From Streptomyces virus Karimac (lineage: Duplodnaviria > Heunggongvirae > Uroviricota > Caudoviricetes), in IMG/VR virus record IMGVR_UViG_2974575442_000001: a stretch of DNA of 58,074 nt, one strand, 5' to 3'. The position numbers were made by a program, and so were the translations under genes. Shown one piece after another: positions 8,959-15,500 of this stretch. Below the pieces are notes generated by a model, which searched no databases, was not told the DNA's origin, and saw only the letters and a list, made by a program, of their open reading frames with translations. Numbering within the stretch: position 1 is the first letter of the stretch; the number at the start of each line of letters is the position of its first letter.

Positions 8959-9588
8959 TCAGTCCTCACCCATACCGCAACCGCACGGGCACGGACCCTC
9001 GTTGTAGCTGGACTCTTCGGACTCGATGGACTCACGCGCCACGTCGTTGTTGGTCAGCTTGTTGCGCAGCGCGTTGAGCGCGGACTGAGTGGCCAACTCG
9101 GGCTCGGGCGTACCCTCCAGAAGATCCTTTTCCCACTGCGCGAGACCCTGGGGCTCCTCACGCGGGGAGTCCTTCTCGGCCTTCTCGATCTTGGGCCAGT
9201 CGAGAGCGTCGGTCTTGCCGAGAGGCGTGATCATGTCCACGATGGACTTCGCCTCGATCAGACCCAGCGGGCGGAACTTGTCGCGCAGCACCTTGATGCA
9301 GGTGATCTTGCGGGTGAAGTCACGCTCCGTGAAGTTCATGATCGCCCACGTGGTGGCCTCCACAACCTTCGGGTCGAAGGTGGTGCGGATGGAGTCCTTA
9401 CCCGCCTGAACGCCCTCGTTGTAGCGCTTCTCGGCGTACTCGTACTTCTCGTCCTCGGCCTTGTACCGGGCGTCCTCCATCTTGCGACGGAAGCCACGGT
9501 CGATGTCACCCGCGAAGCGGAGAGCGTCAGCGATCTTGGTGTCGGGGAAGTAGTTGCCGACCTGCTGAACGATCTCGATGCGCTCCAT
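8959..9588 (-). CDS. Protein with a ribosomal L7/L12 C-terminal-like motif (paralogue 2)
   Basis: KITCIKVLRDKFRPLGLIEAKSIVD; same overall layout as 5861-6364, including the C-terminal Cys cluster. Confidence 0.7.
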   Translation of the reverse strand: MERIEIVQQVGNYFPDTKIADALRFAGDIDRGFRRKMEDARYKAEDEKYEYAEKRYNEGVQAGKDSIRTTFDPKVVEATTWAIMNFTERDFTRKITCIKVLRDKFRPLGLIEAKSIVDMITPLGKTDALDWPKIEKAEKDSPREEPQGLAQWEKDLLEGTPEPELATQSALNALRNKLTNNDVARESIESEESSYNEGPCPCGCGMGED

Positions 9589-9734
9589 GAGATTTCCCTT
9601 CGTCTTAGGGGACTTCTTGCCCCCTTCGATGTACTAAGCTTAGCAGAGTCTAGCGGGCCGTGTCCAACTGTTCTGGGGGCTGATTTTCAAGATTTTTTGG
9701 CCGGGGCGGTTCGCGCCCCGAAGGGCGCTTGCCG

Positions 9735-10031
9735 CTACTCCCAAGGGGAATAGTCACTCTCACGCTCGGCAGGCTTACGCTCGATACGGTCGAGGTAGCG
9801 GCCGGTGCTGTTGACGGACCAAATGGCCTTACGCCCGTTGTTGCTGTAACGCTTCTTGGTCAGCCGCTTGAGAACGGTCTCAGCCTCACGACGGGAACGA
9901 ACCTTGACGGACACGCACGGCTCACGGTAGTTGTAGTACCATCCGCCCTCTTGCGGACCACCGCACGCGAGGTCTTCGAGGTAAATGTTGGCGTAGAACG
10001 GCTTGGGCTTACGAACCTTCGGCGTCTTCAT
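9735..10031 (-). CDS. Hypothetical basic protein (98 aa)
   Basis: Start moved to ATG 10031, 7 nt after the TAGACT -10 (leaderless or near-leaderless). Confidence 0.75.
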   Translation of the reverse strand: MKTPKVRKPKPFYANIYLEDLACGGPQEGGWYYNYREPCVSVKVRSRREAETVLKRLTKKRYSNNGRKAIWSVNSTGRYLDRIERKPAERESDYSPWE

Positions 10032-10109
10032 AGGGATGAGTCTAGCACGTAATTGGGGCCGGTGGCAAGACATCTGAAATTTAGCCGGGGCGGCCCCGAA
10101 GGGCCTCCA

Positions 10110-10265
10110 CTAGACAGACTTGGTTTGGATCTTCTCACACTTGATGCACTTACGCACCTGCATAGGCTGAGACCATGCCACAGGCTTACCCTTGATCCAT
10201 CCGAGCAAAGGGCTGTCCATGTGAGCGATCATGAGCTTCCACTTTGTCCACTTGTGAAAACACAT
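10110..10265 (-). CDS. Small Cys/His protein (51 aa), possible Zn ribbon
   Basis: MCFHKW...RKCIKCEK; TGATG coupling to the upstream gene. Confidence 0.75.
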   Translation of the reverse strand: MCFHKWTKWKLMIAHMDSPLLGWIKGKPVAWSQPMQVRKCIKCEKIQTKSV

Positions 10266-10513
10266 CACTTGCCCTCCCAAAGAAACTGACCCTGACATGC
10301 ACACTCGTTGGGAACTCGATCTACCTTCTTGAATGCACGTGCAAGAGTCGTGCGCGGGTAGACAGCTCGCAGACACTCACGAGGGTTGTGATGACCTACC
10401 TTGATCCACTCGTCTACGACTTCCACGTAGAGGAAAGTCTGTTCGTGTCCGATTTGCACCTCTCGCTGAACGAACACTTCGCCTTCGCTGATCCAGTTGA
10501 TTCCCAGGCTCAT
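10265..10513 (-). CDS. Hypothetical protein (82 aa)
   Basis: TAGACT-N6-ATG leaderless start. Confidence 0.75.
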   Translation of the reverse strand: MSLGINWISEGEVFVQREVQIGHEQTFLYVEVVDEWIKVGHHNPRECLRAVYPRTTLARAFKKVDRVPNECACQGQFLWEGK

Positions 10514-10712
10514 GTGTGTAGTCTAGCAGTCAGATTCTTAGTAGCGCAACCCATGCACCGATTTTTTAGTCTCTAGATGTCTACACAGATTTTTAGTCAT
10601 CTAGCCGGGGAGGCTAACTTTTTAGTCAGAAATTCACCCCTACGATTCGAAGGTTTTTCGTGCATATACCTAAGAAACATAGGGGTGAAAATCTAAGCGA
10701 ATTTATTCAGAT

Positions 10713-10937
10713 TCACCAGAGTTCGTCCAATTTGGCCCAGAATCGGTGAATTCGAGGGTCGTTGTTGTCGTTCGCGTAGAAAGGATCATGGATTGTGCCT
10801 GTGAGGGCATTTCCGATTTCGGGCCGGTGCTCAGCAACTCGATTGAACACGAATTGCCCATATCGTTGACCCTTGTTGTCTCGCATCCATTCCGCGATGG
10901 TATCGAGAATGAATTGGTTCAAGGACAGTTGAGACAC
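10713..10937 (-). CDS. Hypothetical protein (74 aa)
   Basis: ORF track; co-oriented operon; AT-richer codons. Confidence 0.65.
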   Translation of the reverse strand: MSQLSLNQFILDTIAEWMRDNKGQRYGQFVFNRVAEHRPEIGNALTGTIHDPFYANDNNDPRIHRFWAKLDELW

Positions 10938-10941
10938 GAAA

Positions 10942-11142
10942 TCACTTCCAATCGGTCGGAATGTTGCGGGATTCCAGAATCAGAAGGTCGAATTCCTCGA
11001 ATTGCTCTGCCAGGGCCATTCCAGCGGCAAGAGTTTCGTTGTTGATCGGAAAACTCTGTGCCTTTGCGGCCAATTCGCGCATTCCCTCAAGAAGGGTTTG
11101 CAGACGCTCAGATGACACGAATTTCCTCTTTTCCTTCGCCAC
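10942..11142 (-). CDS. Hypothetical protein (66 aa)
   Basis: ORF track; overlaps the end of the upstream gene. Confidence 0.6.
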   Translation of the reverse strand: MAKEKRKFVSSERLQTLLEGMRELAAKAQSFPINNETLAAGMALAEQFEEFDLLILESRNIPTDWK

Positions 11143-11320
11143 AGTGGCAATACTTGGAATGCTTTGCCTCCACCGGGCGAAATCCGTTTTCGTTGTACTT
11201 CCGAAGAAGAATTTCGAGATTTCCCGAAGAAATTACGCCCGTTTCGGAAAACAGTCCATTCTTTTCGAGCTTGAGGGTAAGCGAATGCGTACGAACGGCT
11301 TTTGCCTTTTTCTTGAACAT
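11108..11320 (-). CDS. Hypothetical protein (70 aa)
   Basis: ORF track; AAGGG SD. Confidence 0.6.
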   Translation of the reverse strand: MFKKKAKAVRTHSLTLKLEKNGLFSETGVISSGNLEILLRKYNENGFRPVEAKHSKYCHCGEGKEEIRVI

Positions 11321-11377
11321 TGCTTTCCCTTTCTGCCCCTAATGGGGGATACCCTTTCGGATATCCCCCATATTGAG

Positions 11378-11521
11378 TTACGCCAGTTCGGAAACGTGCG
11401 GATAGTCGGTCTCGTCCATGTCCACGGTACGCATGTCCTCACGCACGGTGGATACAGGGAGGGTACTCACAGAGACCCATCCCTCAGAGAGGGCCCGCTC
11501 CAGAAGTTCGAGAGTGGTCAA
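11378..11521 (-). CDS. Hypothetical protein (47 aa)
   Basis: TTG start after a GAAGGGA SD, downstream of the promoter at 11555-11583. Confidence 0.65.
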   Translation of the reverse strand: MTTLELLERALSEGWVSVSTLPVSTVREDMRTVDMDETDYPHVSELA

Positions 11522-11940
11522 GTTGATCAGTCCCTTCCGTCTTGGTGTAGTACCAGTATACACAGGCCATACGCTACGCACAACCTAGATCCTCCGGGAA
11601 TTTTCTGCGCCTATCGTACACGCGCGGGGGATTTGTCCCGGAAATACGTAATGCCCTCTTAAAGAGGAATGCCCCCTATGTGGCCTAGGCCCTATATGCC
11701 CCATCTGTACCAGTATGGTATGGTATGCACCCATATGCCCTATATGTACCCCTATGTGGGGGTATGTGCCCAATGTCCGTTTTGTCCACCCCTAGATTCG
11801 AGGGTGTCCGATTTGCCCCATATGTCCGACCGCCCCGGTCGTTACCAAGTCTTTACCTAAGAAACGTGGGATTGGGTGGTTTCAGGGCCGGTACCTAGGG
11901 CAGAATGTAGGTACAACGACGAACACAAGGGAGACAGACA

Positions 11941-12402
11941 ATGATCACCACCACCGCCCCGGTCACCGCCCACAACGCCAACACTCACCAGTGCAGGGAC
12001 AACGACCGCACGGCCGGTAGCGCGTACCGCCGTCAGTTGCTCGCTACGGTGCTGTACCTGGCTAGCCTTACGGGACACTCGGACGGTGAGACCTACGCTG
12101 TGTGTGTGGGTTGTGGTGAGAACGCGTACGTGGGGGGTGCACCCCGCAACATGGACACCCTGAACCTTGGTCACTGTGAGGCTGACGCAACGGGTGGCAC
12201 CTACTGTGCAGCGAACATGCTTCCCCTTTGCAGGCAGTGCAACGAGGACATGGGTAAGGATGCCCTTACTGACGTGCTCGTGCCTCTCTATGACAACCGT
12301 CACATGTGGGACGGTAAGTTGATCAAGGACGCGGGCAAGGTTAAGCAGGGTCCGCAGGCTAACCGGGGTCGTGCCAACTGGACGCGTCCCACGGGGGTCT
12401 GA
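11941..12402 (+). CDS. HNH endonuclease
   Basis: CVGC ... LGHCEADATGGTYCAANMLPLCRQCN is an HNH/Zn-finger core. GGGAG SD. It is the only rightward gene in the first 18 kb. Confidence 0.8.
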   Translation: MITTTAPVTAHNANTHQCRDNDRTAGSAYRRQLLATVLYLASLTGHSDGETYAVCVGCGENAYVGGAPRNMDTLNLGHCEADATGGTYCAANMLPLCRQCNEDMGKDALTDVLVPLYDNRHMWDGKLIKDAGKVKQGPQANRGRANWTRPTGV

Positions 12403-12418
12403 ACGGCCTAGGGGGACC

Positions 12419-12450
12419 GCCCCGGTAGGGAAACCTACCGGGGCATTTCT
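12419..12450 (+). terminator. Intrinsic terminator after the HNH gene
   Basis: GCCCCGGTAGG-GAAA-CCTACCGGGGC followed by ATTTCT; overlaps an inverted operator copy. Confidence 0.75.
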
Positions 12451-12674
12451 ATGCCCTCAGACGGGCGCACAGGGCTTTTGGAAACGATTTTCAAACGGCC
12501 TGCCCTGCCTTGTGGAACCTTCCCCGGAGAGAAAGTCAAGCCATATGGGCGCACTAATCAGATTGTTACAAAGGTATGCGAAGCATGTATCATACAAGAT
12601 CAAAAATTACTAACATTTCGAATTCAGAAATAGATGATCTTGCTATAGCTAAGCAAGCCGTCCCGGTCATGAAA

Positions 12675-12908
12675 TTAGTCTCTCCATAGCTCGAATCCGA
12701 CTACATGCATGCATAGCTCAAAACGGGCGTGTGCGTCGCATTGGCAATTAAAACAATCCTGGGTGACCATAATAGTGCTCGGTTCTTTTCCACAATACAG
12801 ACAGCCTGGAAGACCTAGATCAGCATCTTCTAATGCTTGATAGTCTAAACAGAAAGCCCAGTATTGCTGATATCCAATAAGACTGTCAGTCTTGCAAGTC
12901 ATTGTCAT
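12675..12908 (-). CDS. Cys-rich hypothetical protein
   Basis: CLYC and CFNCQC motifs; start moved so that it overlaps the upstream stop region. Confidence 0.6.
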   Translation of the reverse strand: MTMTCKTDSLIGYQQYWAFCLDYQALEDADLGLPGCLYCGKEPSTIMVTQDCFNCQCDAHARFELCMHVVGFELWRD

Positions 12909-13110
12909 CAGCCATATCCCAGCTTGGAGGAGGCCCAGCAATTTTGCCTGACTTATGCAAAGCAAGCAGCTTTACTGCTTCTTCTGGATTTACTCCTCTT
13001 GCTACACACATCATTACGTCATAGAGTCTTAGAAGCATAATGGTATTTACTACTTCATAGCTGTCTCTATCGAATACATCTGTTTCTTCTGCGCCGGGCT
13101 CATTTTGCAT
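12886..13110 (-). CDS. Hypothetical protein (74 aa)
   Basis: ORF track; overlaps the end of thyX. Confidence 0.7.
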   Translation of the reverse strand: MQNEPGAEETDVFDRDSYEVVNTIMLLRLYDVMMCVARGVNPEEAVKLLALHKSGKIAGPPPSWDMADDNDLQD

Positions 13111-13819
13111 TTAGTGCCTCCAGTGTCCTTGGGAATACTGTCTTCGTCAGATCATTAACAGCCTTAGCATACTGCTGAATTTCGAACTGAGCGTCATGCT
13201 CTAGTCTCTCCTTGAGGAAATGAGCTACGGCAGCAAGAGAGGTTGTCCAACGCCACCGGACGAACATTCCATATGCAGGAAGGAATAGTCTAGCCTGCTC
13301 TGGTGCGATACCCGCCTTGAGTGCTTCACTGTAGATCTTTTCACTGTCTTCTACATGAGCCTCTAGCACCGCCGTCCAATAATCACCATAAGCAGCGTCC
13401 AAATCCTCACCGGGGCTGTTTGCAGGGAAATTGTCTCCACTTCCTTGCTTTGAATTAGCTGGCTTTGAGCGCCATTCATACTCTTCTGGAACATGGAATT
13501 CCGGCTCCTCGGTAATGTACCTGCGAGAAGATTCATTCCATCCAGTTTGATCTTCCAGGTGGCTAGATGCTACAGCATACTTCCACCACTGACGCGCCAC
13601 GAATAGTGGAGCGTATACCTCAAATGTCAATGCTGAATGCCTAAACGGGGAAAGATGACCTTCCCGAACAAGGAACTTTAGAAGTCGGTCGTCCTTGTCG
13701 GAAAAGTCATCAGATTCCTTCGCATAGGAAACACGGGCAGCATTAACGATAGACAAATCATTACCAAGACTATCAACTAGCCTTACATAACCCTTGTCAA
13801 GCACGTCAATCTTCGTCAT
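13100..13819 (-). CDS. thyX: Flavin-dependent thymidylate synthase
   Basis: IVNAARVSY, GHLSPFRH, VARQWWKY...WNESSRRY, ERLEHDAQFEIQQYA. Confidence 0.95.
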   Translation of the reverse strand: MTKIDVLDKGYVRLVDSLGNDLSIVNAARVSYAKESDDFSDKDDRLLKFLVREGHLSPFRHSALTFEVYAPLFVARQWWKYAVASSHLEDQTGWNESSRRYITEEPEFHVPEEYEWRSKPANSKQGSGDNFPANSPGEDLDAAYGDYWTAVLEAHVEDSEKIYSEALKAGIAPEQARLFLPAYGMFVRWRWTTSLAAVAHFLKERLEHDAQFEIQQYAKAVNDLTKTVFPRTLEALNAK

Positions 13820-14072
13820 TTTCCCATTCTCTGTTGATATACCAGTCCCATTCCTGGTCCTCGAAGATTTGATTCCACTCCTCTTCCGCCAGGTCGGACT
13901 CTACAAATTGCATTTTGAACTTATGAACCTCACCCGTTTCAGTGTCGAGAACTGCAAAATGATCACCGTAATATGTGATCTTGCATCGTTCTTCGTATGG
14001 GTTTCGGTTATTTATAATGTCTTCGAAGAGAAAGCAGTCGAGTATTTCAAGAGCTTCTTGTCTGTCCATCAC
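13806..14072 (-). CDS. Hypothetical acidic protein (88 aa)
   Basis: ORF track; GTGA coupling to the upstream gene. Confidence 0.7.
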   Translation of the reverse strand: MMDRQEALEILDCFLFEDIINNRNPYEERCKITYYGDHFAVLDTETGEVHKFKMQFVESDLAEEEWNQIFEDQEWDWYINREWENDED

Positions 14073-14239
14073 TTCTCTTCCAGATTCTTTATTTCGGCAT
14101 CTAGTCGGGCAACTTCACGCTTATATCGTTGCTCACCGATTCTATCACCGGCCCGCTTTGCCTTATCCATTCCACGAGCGGCGTCTCTGCGCTTTTCACG
14201 CAGATTGGAAAGTGCTCTCCATACTCCTAGCTCAACCAT
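14069..14239 (-). CDS. Hypothetical basic helical protein (56 aa)
   Basis: Start at ATG 14239, overlapping the upstream stop. Confidence 0.65.
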   Translation of the reverse strand: MVELGVWRALSNLREKRRDAARGMDKAKRAGDRIGEQRYKREVARLDAEIKNLEEK

Positions 14240-14393
14240 TTTCCGCCAACCAATCATGCATCGCTTTGATTATGTCTGACTGCTTAGTAGCCTCTGCGTG
14301 ATTCTTCTCTCTACGAGCACGCATAAATGACTTCTGAGCAGCCTCAAGTATTCGATTAGCTTCGTTCACATTCCTAGGCTTAGGAGTCGCCAC
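14232..14393 (-). CDS. Hypothetical protein (53 aa)
   Basis: Translated by hand (MATPKPRNVNEANRILEAAQKSF...). Confidence 0.65.
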   Translation of the reverse strand: MATPKPRNVNEANRILEAAQKSFMRARREKNHAEATKQSDIIKAMHDWLAENG

Positions 14394-14526
14394 AGGTTAT
14401 CCCTTCTGGAAGAGTCCCAAACCTAACAAACAGGTCATACTCTTCGGATGTCATTCCTAAGAACTCATGGAGTGGCAGAGGGCTGTCACCTTCATGCCAC
14501 TCCTCAATGAGGTCGTCTATGTTCAT
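14380..14526 (-). CDS. Hypothetical protein (48 aa)
   Basis: Translated by hand (MNIDDLIEEWHEGDSPLPLHEFLGMTSEEYDLF...). Confidence 0.7.
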   Translation of the reverse strand: MNIDDLIEEWHEGDSPLPLHEFLGMTSEEYDLFVRFGTLPEGITCGDS

Positions 14527-14920
14527 GTCACTAGAGTGTCACAGCTTCTGTCACCTGTCAAGGTGACATTCGTGACAGAGCAACCGTGATCGTATTGGCA
14601 GGAATGTCACGTCCCTTGATGTCACTAATCAGCTTTCGCAGTTCAGCTTTGTCACGGGTTCCGTCATCCCATAGCTCCTTGACCAGGCGTGACACGCTCT
14701 TTTGCTTGTCATCTGTCACGTCACGACGTGGAATCTCTGTCACTGTTGTCACGATTGGAGTGACATTTTCATTCGTCTTGACAGGCGTGTCACCCTTTGT
14801 CATGACAGGCTTTGTCACGCTCTTGTCATCTGTTTTGTCACGCTTGTCACGTGACATTTTCTTAGGTGTCACCGGCTTGTCACGCTTGCGTGACAGACTT
14901 TCACCTGTCACGTTTGTCAC
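14484..14920. repeat. Dense array of TGTCAC/GTGACA hexamers (24 perfect, at least 7 with one mismatch)
   Basis: Perfect copies at 14484, 14526, 14537, 14549, 14563, 14572, 14605, 14620, 14650, 14689, 14714, 14738, 14747, 14760, 14788, 14813, 14836, 14845, 14851, 14867, 14878, 14890, 14906 and 14915. About 0.2 copies would be expected in 437 bp under uniform base composition. Confidence 0.95.
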
Positions 14921-15442
14921 GACTTCATTGAGCCGGAAGAACACGACGTTCTTGAATCCCTTGAATGTCTTCCAAGGGAAGATCATCCAGCTTACCTTGC
15001 CGAAGACTGGCATACGCTTGGGAACCAGTCCATTGGAACGCATCTCTGAACGGTGCACAAAGCGCAGGTACAATTCGAACAATACACCTGCGATAACAGG
15101 AGGGGCACCGAAAAGAACTTTTCCAGGAGTCCCGTAGTTAAGCAGCGCTGCATGCTCTACGTTCAGATATACAGATGTTCCTACAAATGCGTAAGTGGCC
15201 AGCTTTGGAGCTAGACCACTATCTTCTGTTCGAGCGTACTTGGATGCAAGGTCAGCGACAAACAAAGCAGCACCGTCGAATGCAATACTCACTCCGAAAG
15301 CCAGTTCCTTGGGAACTCCGTAGAATTCCACAGCCATTGAATATAGGCTCCACCAACTCAAAGCAAGAGCAACGATTAGCACTGATCCGAATGAAACTGC
15401 GCCTCTCCAGTCCATAAGACGCTTGAGGTCGGGCTTTTTCAT
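14558..15442 (-). CDS. DUF2637-like multi-pass membrane protein with a low-complexity linker and a possible C-terminal HTH
   Basis: About four TM segments with SWWSLYSMA..YG......VSIAFDGAALF and APPVIAGVLFE, which resemble DUF2637 of actinomycete mobile elements. Start ATG 15442 (AAGGAG SD). Confidence 0.7.
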   Translation of the reverse strand: MKKPDLKRLMDWRGAVSFGSVLIVALALSWWSLYSMAVEFYGVPKELAFGVSIAFDGAALFVADLASKYARTEDSGLAPKLATYAFVGTSVYLNVEHAALLNYGTPGKVLFGAPPVIAGVLFELYLRFVHRSEMRSNGLVPKRMPVFGKVSWMIFPWKTFKGFKNVVFFRLNEVVTNVTGESLSRKRDKPVTPKKMSRDKRDKTDDKSVTKPVMTKGDTPVKTNENVTPIVTTVTEIPRRDVTDDKQKSVSRLVKELWDDGTRDKAELRKLISDIKGRDIPANTITVALSRMSP

Positions 15443-15457
15443 TGGTCTCCTTATAGA

Positions 15458-15489
15458 CAAAAGGCAGGCCACCCTTTTGGGTGGCCTGC
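15458..15489 (-). terminator. Intrinsic terminator after dps
   Basis: GCAGGCCACCC-AAAA-GGGTGGCCTGC followed by CTTTTG on the - strand. Confidence 0.8.
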
Positions 15490-15500
15490 TATTCAGTTGT

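Larger units (their letters stand above)
1193..10105 (-). terminator. Repeated GC-rich hairpins with a UUCG tetraloop just after the stop codon of most early modules
   Basis: Examples: GGCCCC-CGAA-GGGCC 1193-1206, GCCCCCGC-CGAA-GCGGGGGC 1586-1605, GTGGCCCC-CGAA-GGGGCCAC 2823-2842, GCGGGGC-CGAA-GCCCCGC 6765-6782. The loop reads UUCG only on the coding (-) strand. There is no U-tract, as is common in Streptomyces. Confidence 0.75.
880..11583 (-). promoter_or_regulatory. Array of ~21 leftward sigma70/HrdB-type promoters (TTGACA-like -35, 17-18 nt spacer, TAGACT-like -10)
   Basis: -10 hexamers (leftmost + coordinate): 880, 1135, 1538, 2640, 2757, 3275, 4460, 5271, 5562, 5774, 6406, 6717, 7179, 7720, 8174, 8554, 8868, 9637, 10039, 10520, 11555. 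14 are TAGACT. Each has a TTGnnn or TRGACA-type -35 (one GTGACA) at 17-18 nt. Confidence 0.85.
742..12426. repeat. Dispersed 11-bp dyad site RCCG(GGG/CCC)CGGY, 18 exact copies, putative operator
   Basis: RCCGGGGCGGY at 742, 1180, 1570, 2810, 3327, 5827, 6458, 6752, 7231, 7772, 8220, 8912, 9700 and 10084. Inverted RCCGCCCCGGY at 4515, 5323, 11829 and 12416. Variant CCGGGGAGGC at 10605. All copies are intergenic. Confidence 0.9.
1..12450 (-). other. Early/host-takeover region, probably the left long direct terminal repeat
   Basis: Almost all genes run leftward with host-like C/G-ending codons. The repeated promoter/hairpin/operator modules stop at ~12430. BE-type Streptomyces phages have ~10-13 kb DTRs. 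The DTR itself cannot be proven without the right genome end. Confidence 0.55.

Noticed and set aside
742-10094. Dyad site as a restriction or phosphorothioate target (fits GCCN5GGC when flanked by G and C)
   Set aside because: The fixed GGG/CCC core, the A/T-flanked copies and the strict intergenic placement are not explained by an enzyme site.
2051-11662. Long + strand ORFs (2051-2641, 2780-3253, 3761-4627, 8569-8949, 10961-11662 and others)
   Set aside because: They are antisense shadows of - strand genes that have promoters, SDs and recognisable motifs; high GC3 suppresses stops on the opposite strand.
10667-11865. 12-bp direct repeat TACCTAAGAAAC (10667, 11854) flanking the AT-rich block as a target-site duplication
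   Set aside because: About a hundred chance 12-mer pairs are expected in 58 kb, and there is no transposase or terminal inverted repeat.
742-12426. Regularly recurring repeat with unique DNA between copies as a CRISPR array or integron
   Set aside because: The spacers are 300-1300-bp genes with promoters, the repeat core is only 11 bp, and there is no cas gene or integrase in the window.
12450-12675. Non-coding gap with GGGCGCAC twice as an RNA gene
   Set aside because: No tRNA fold, clear promoter or stable structure was found; it may simply flank the DTR boundary.
14586-15137. 183-aa + strand ORF across the hexamer array
   Set aside because: Antisense to the membrane protein, with no SD or promoter; the low-complexity array explains the lack of stops.
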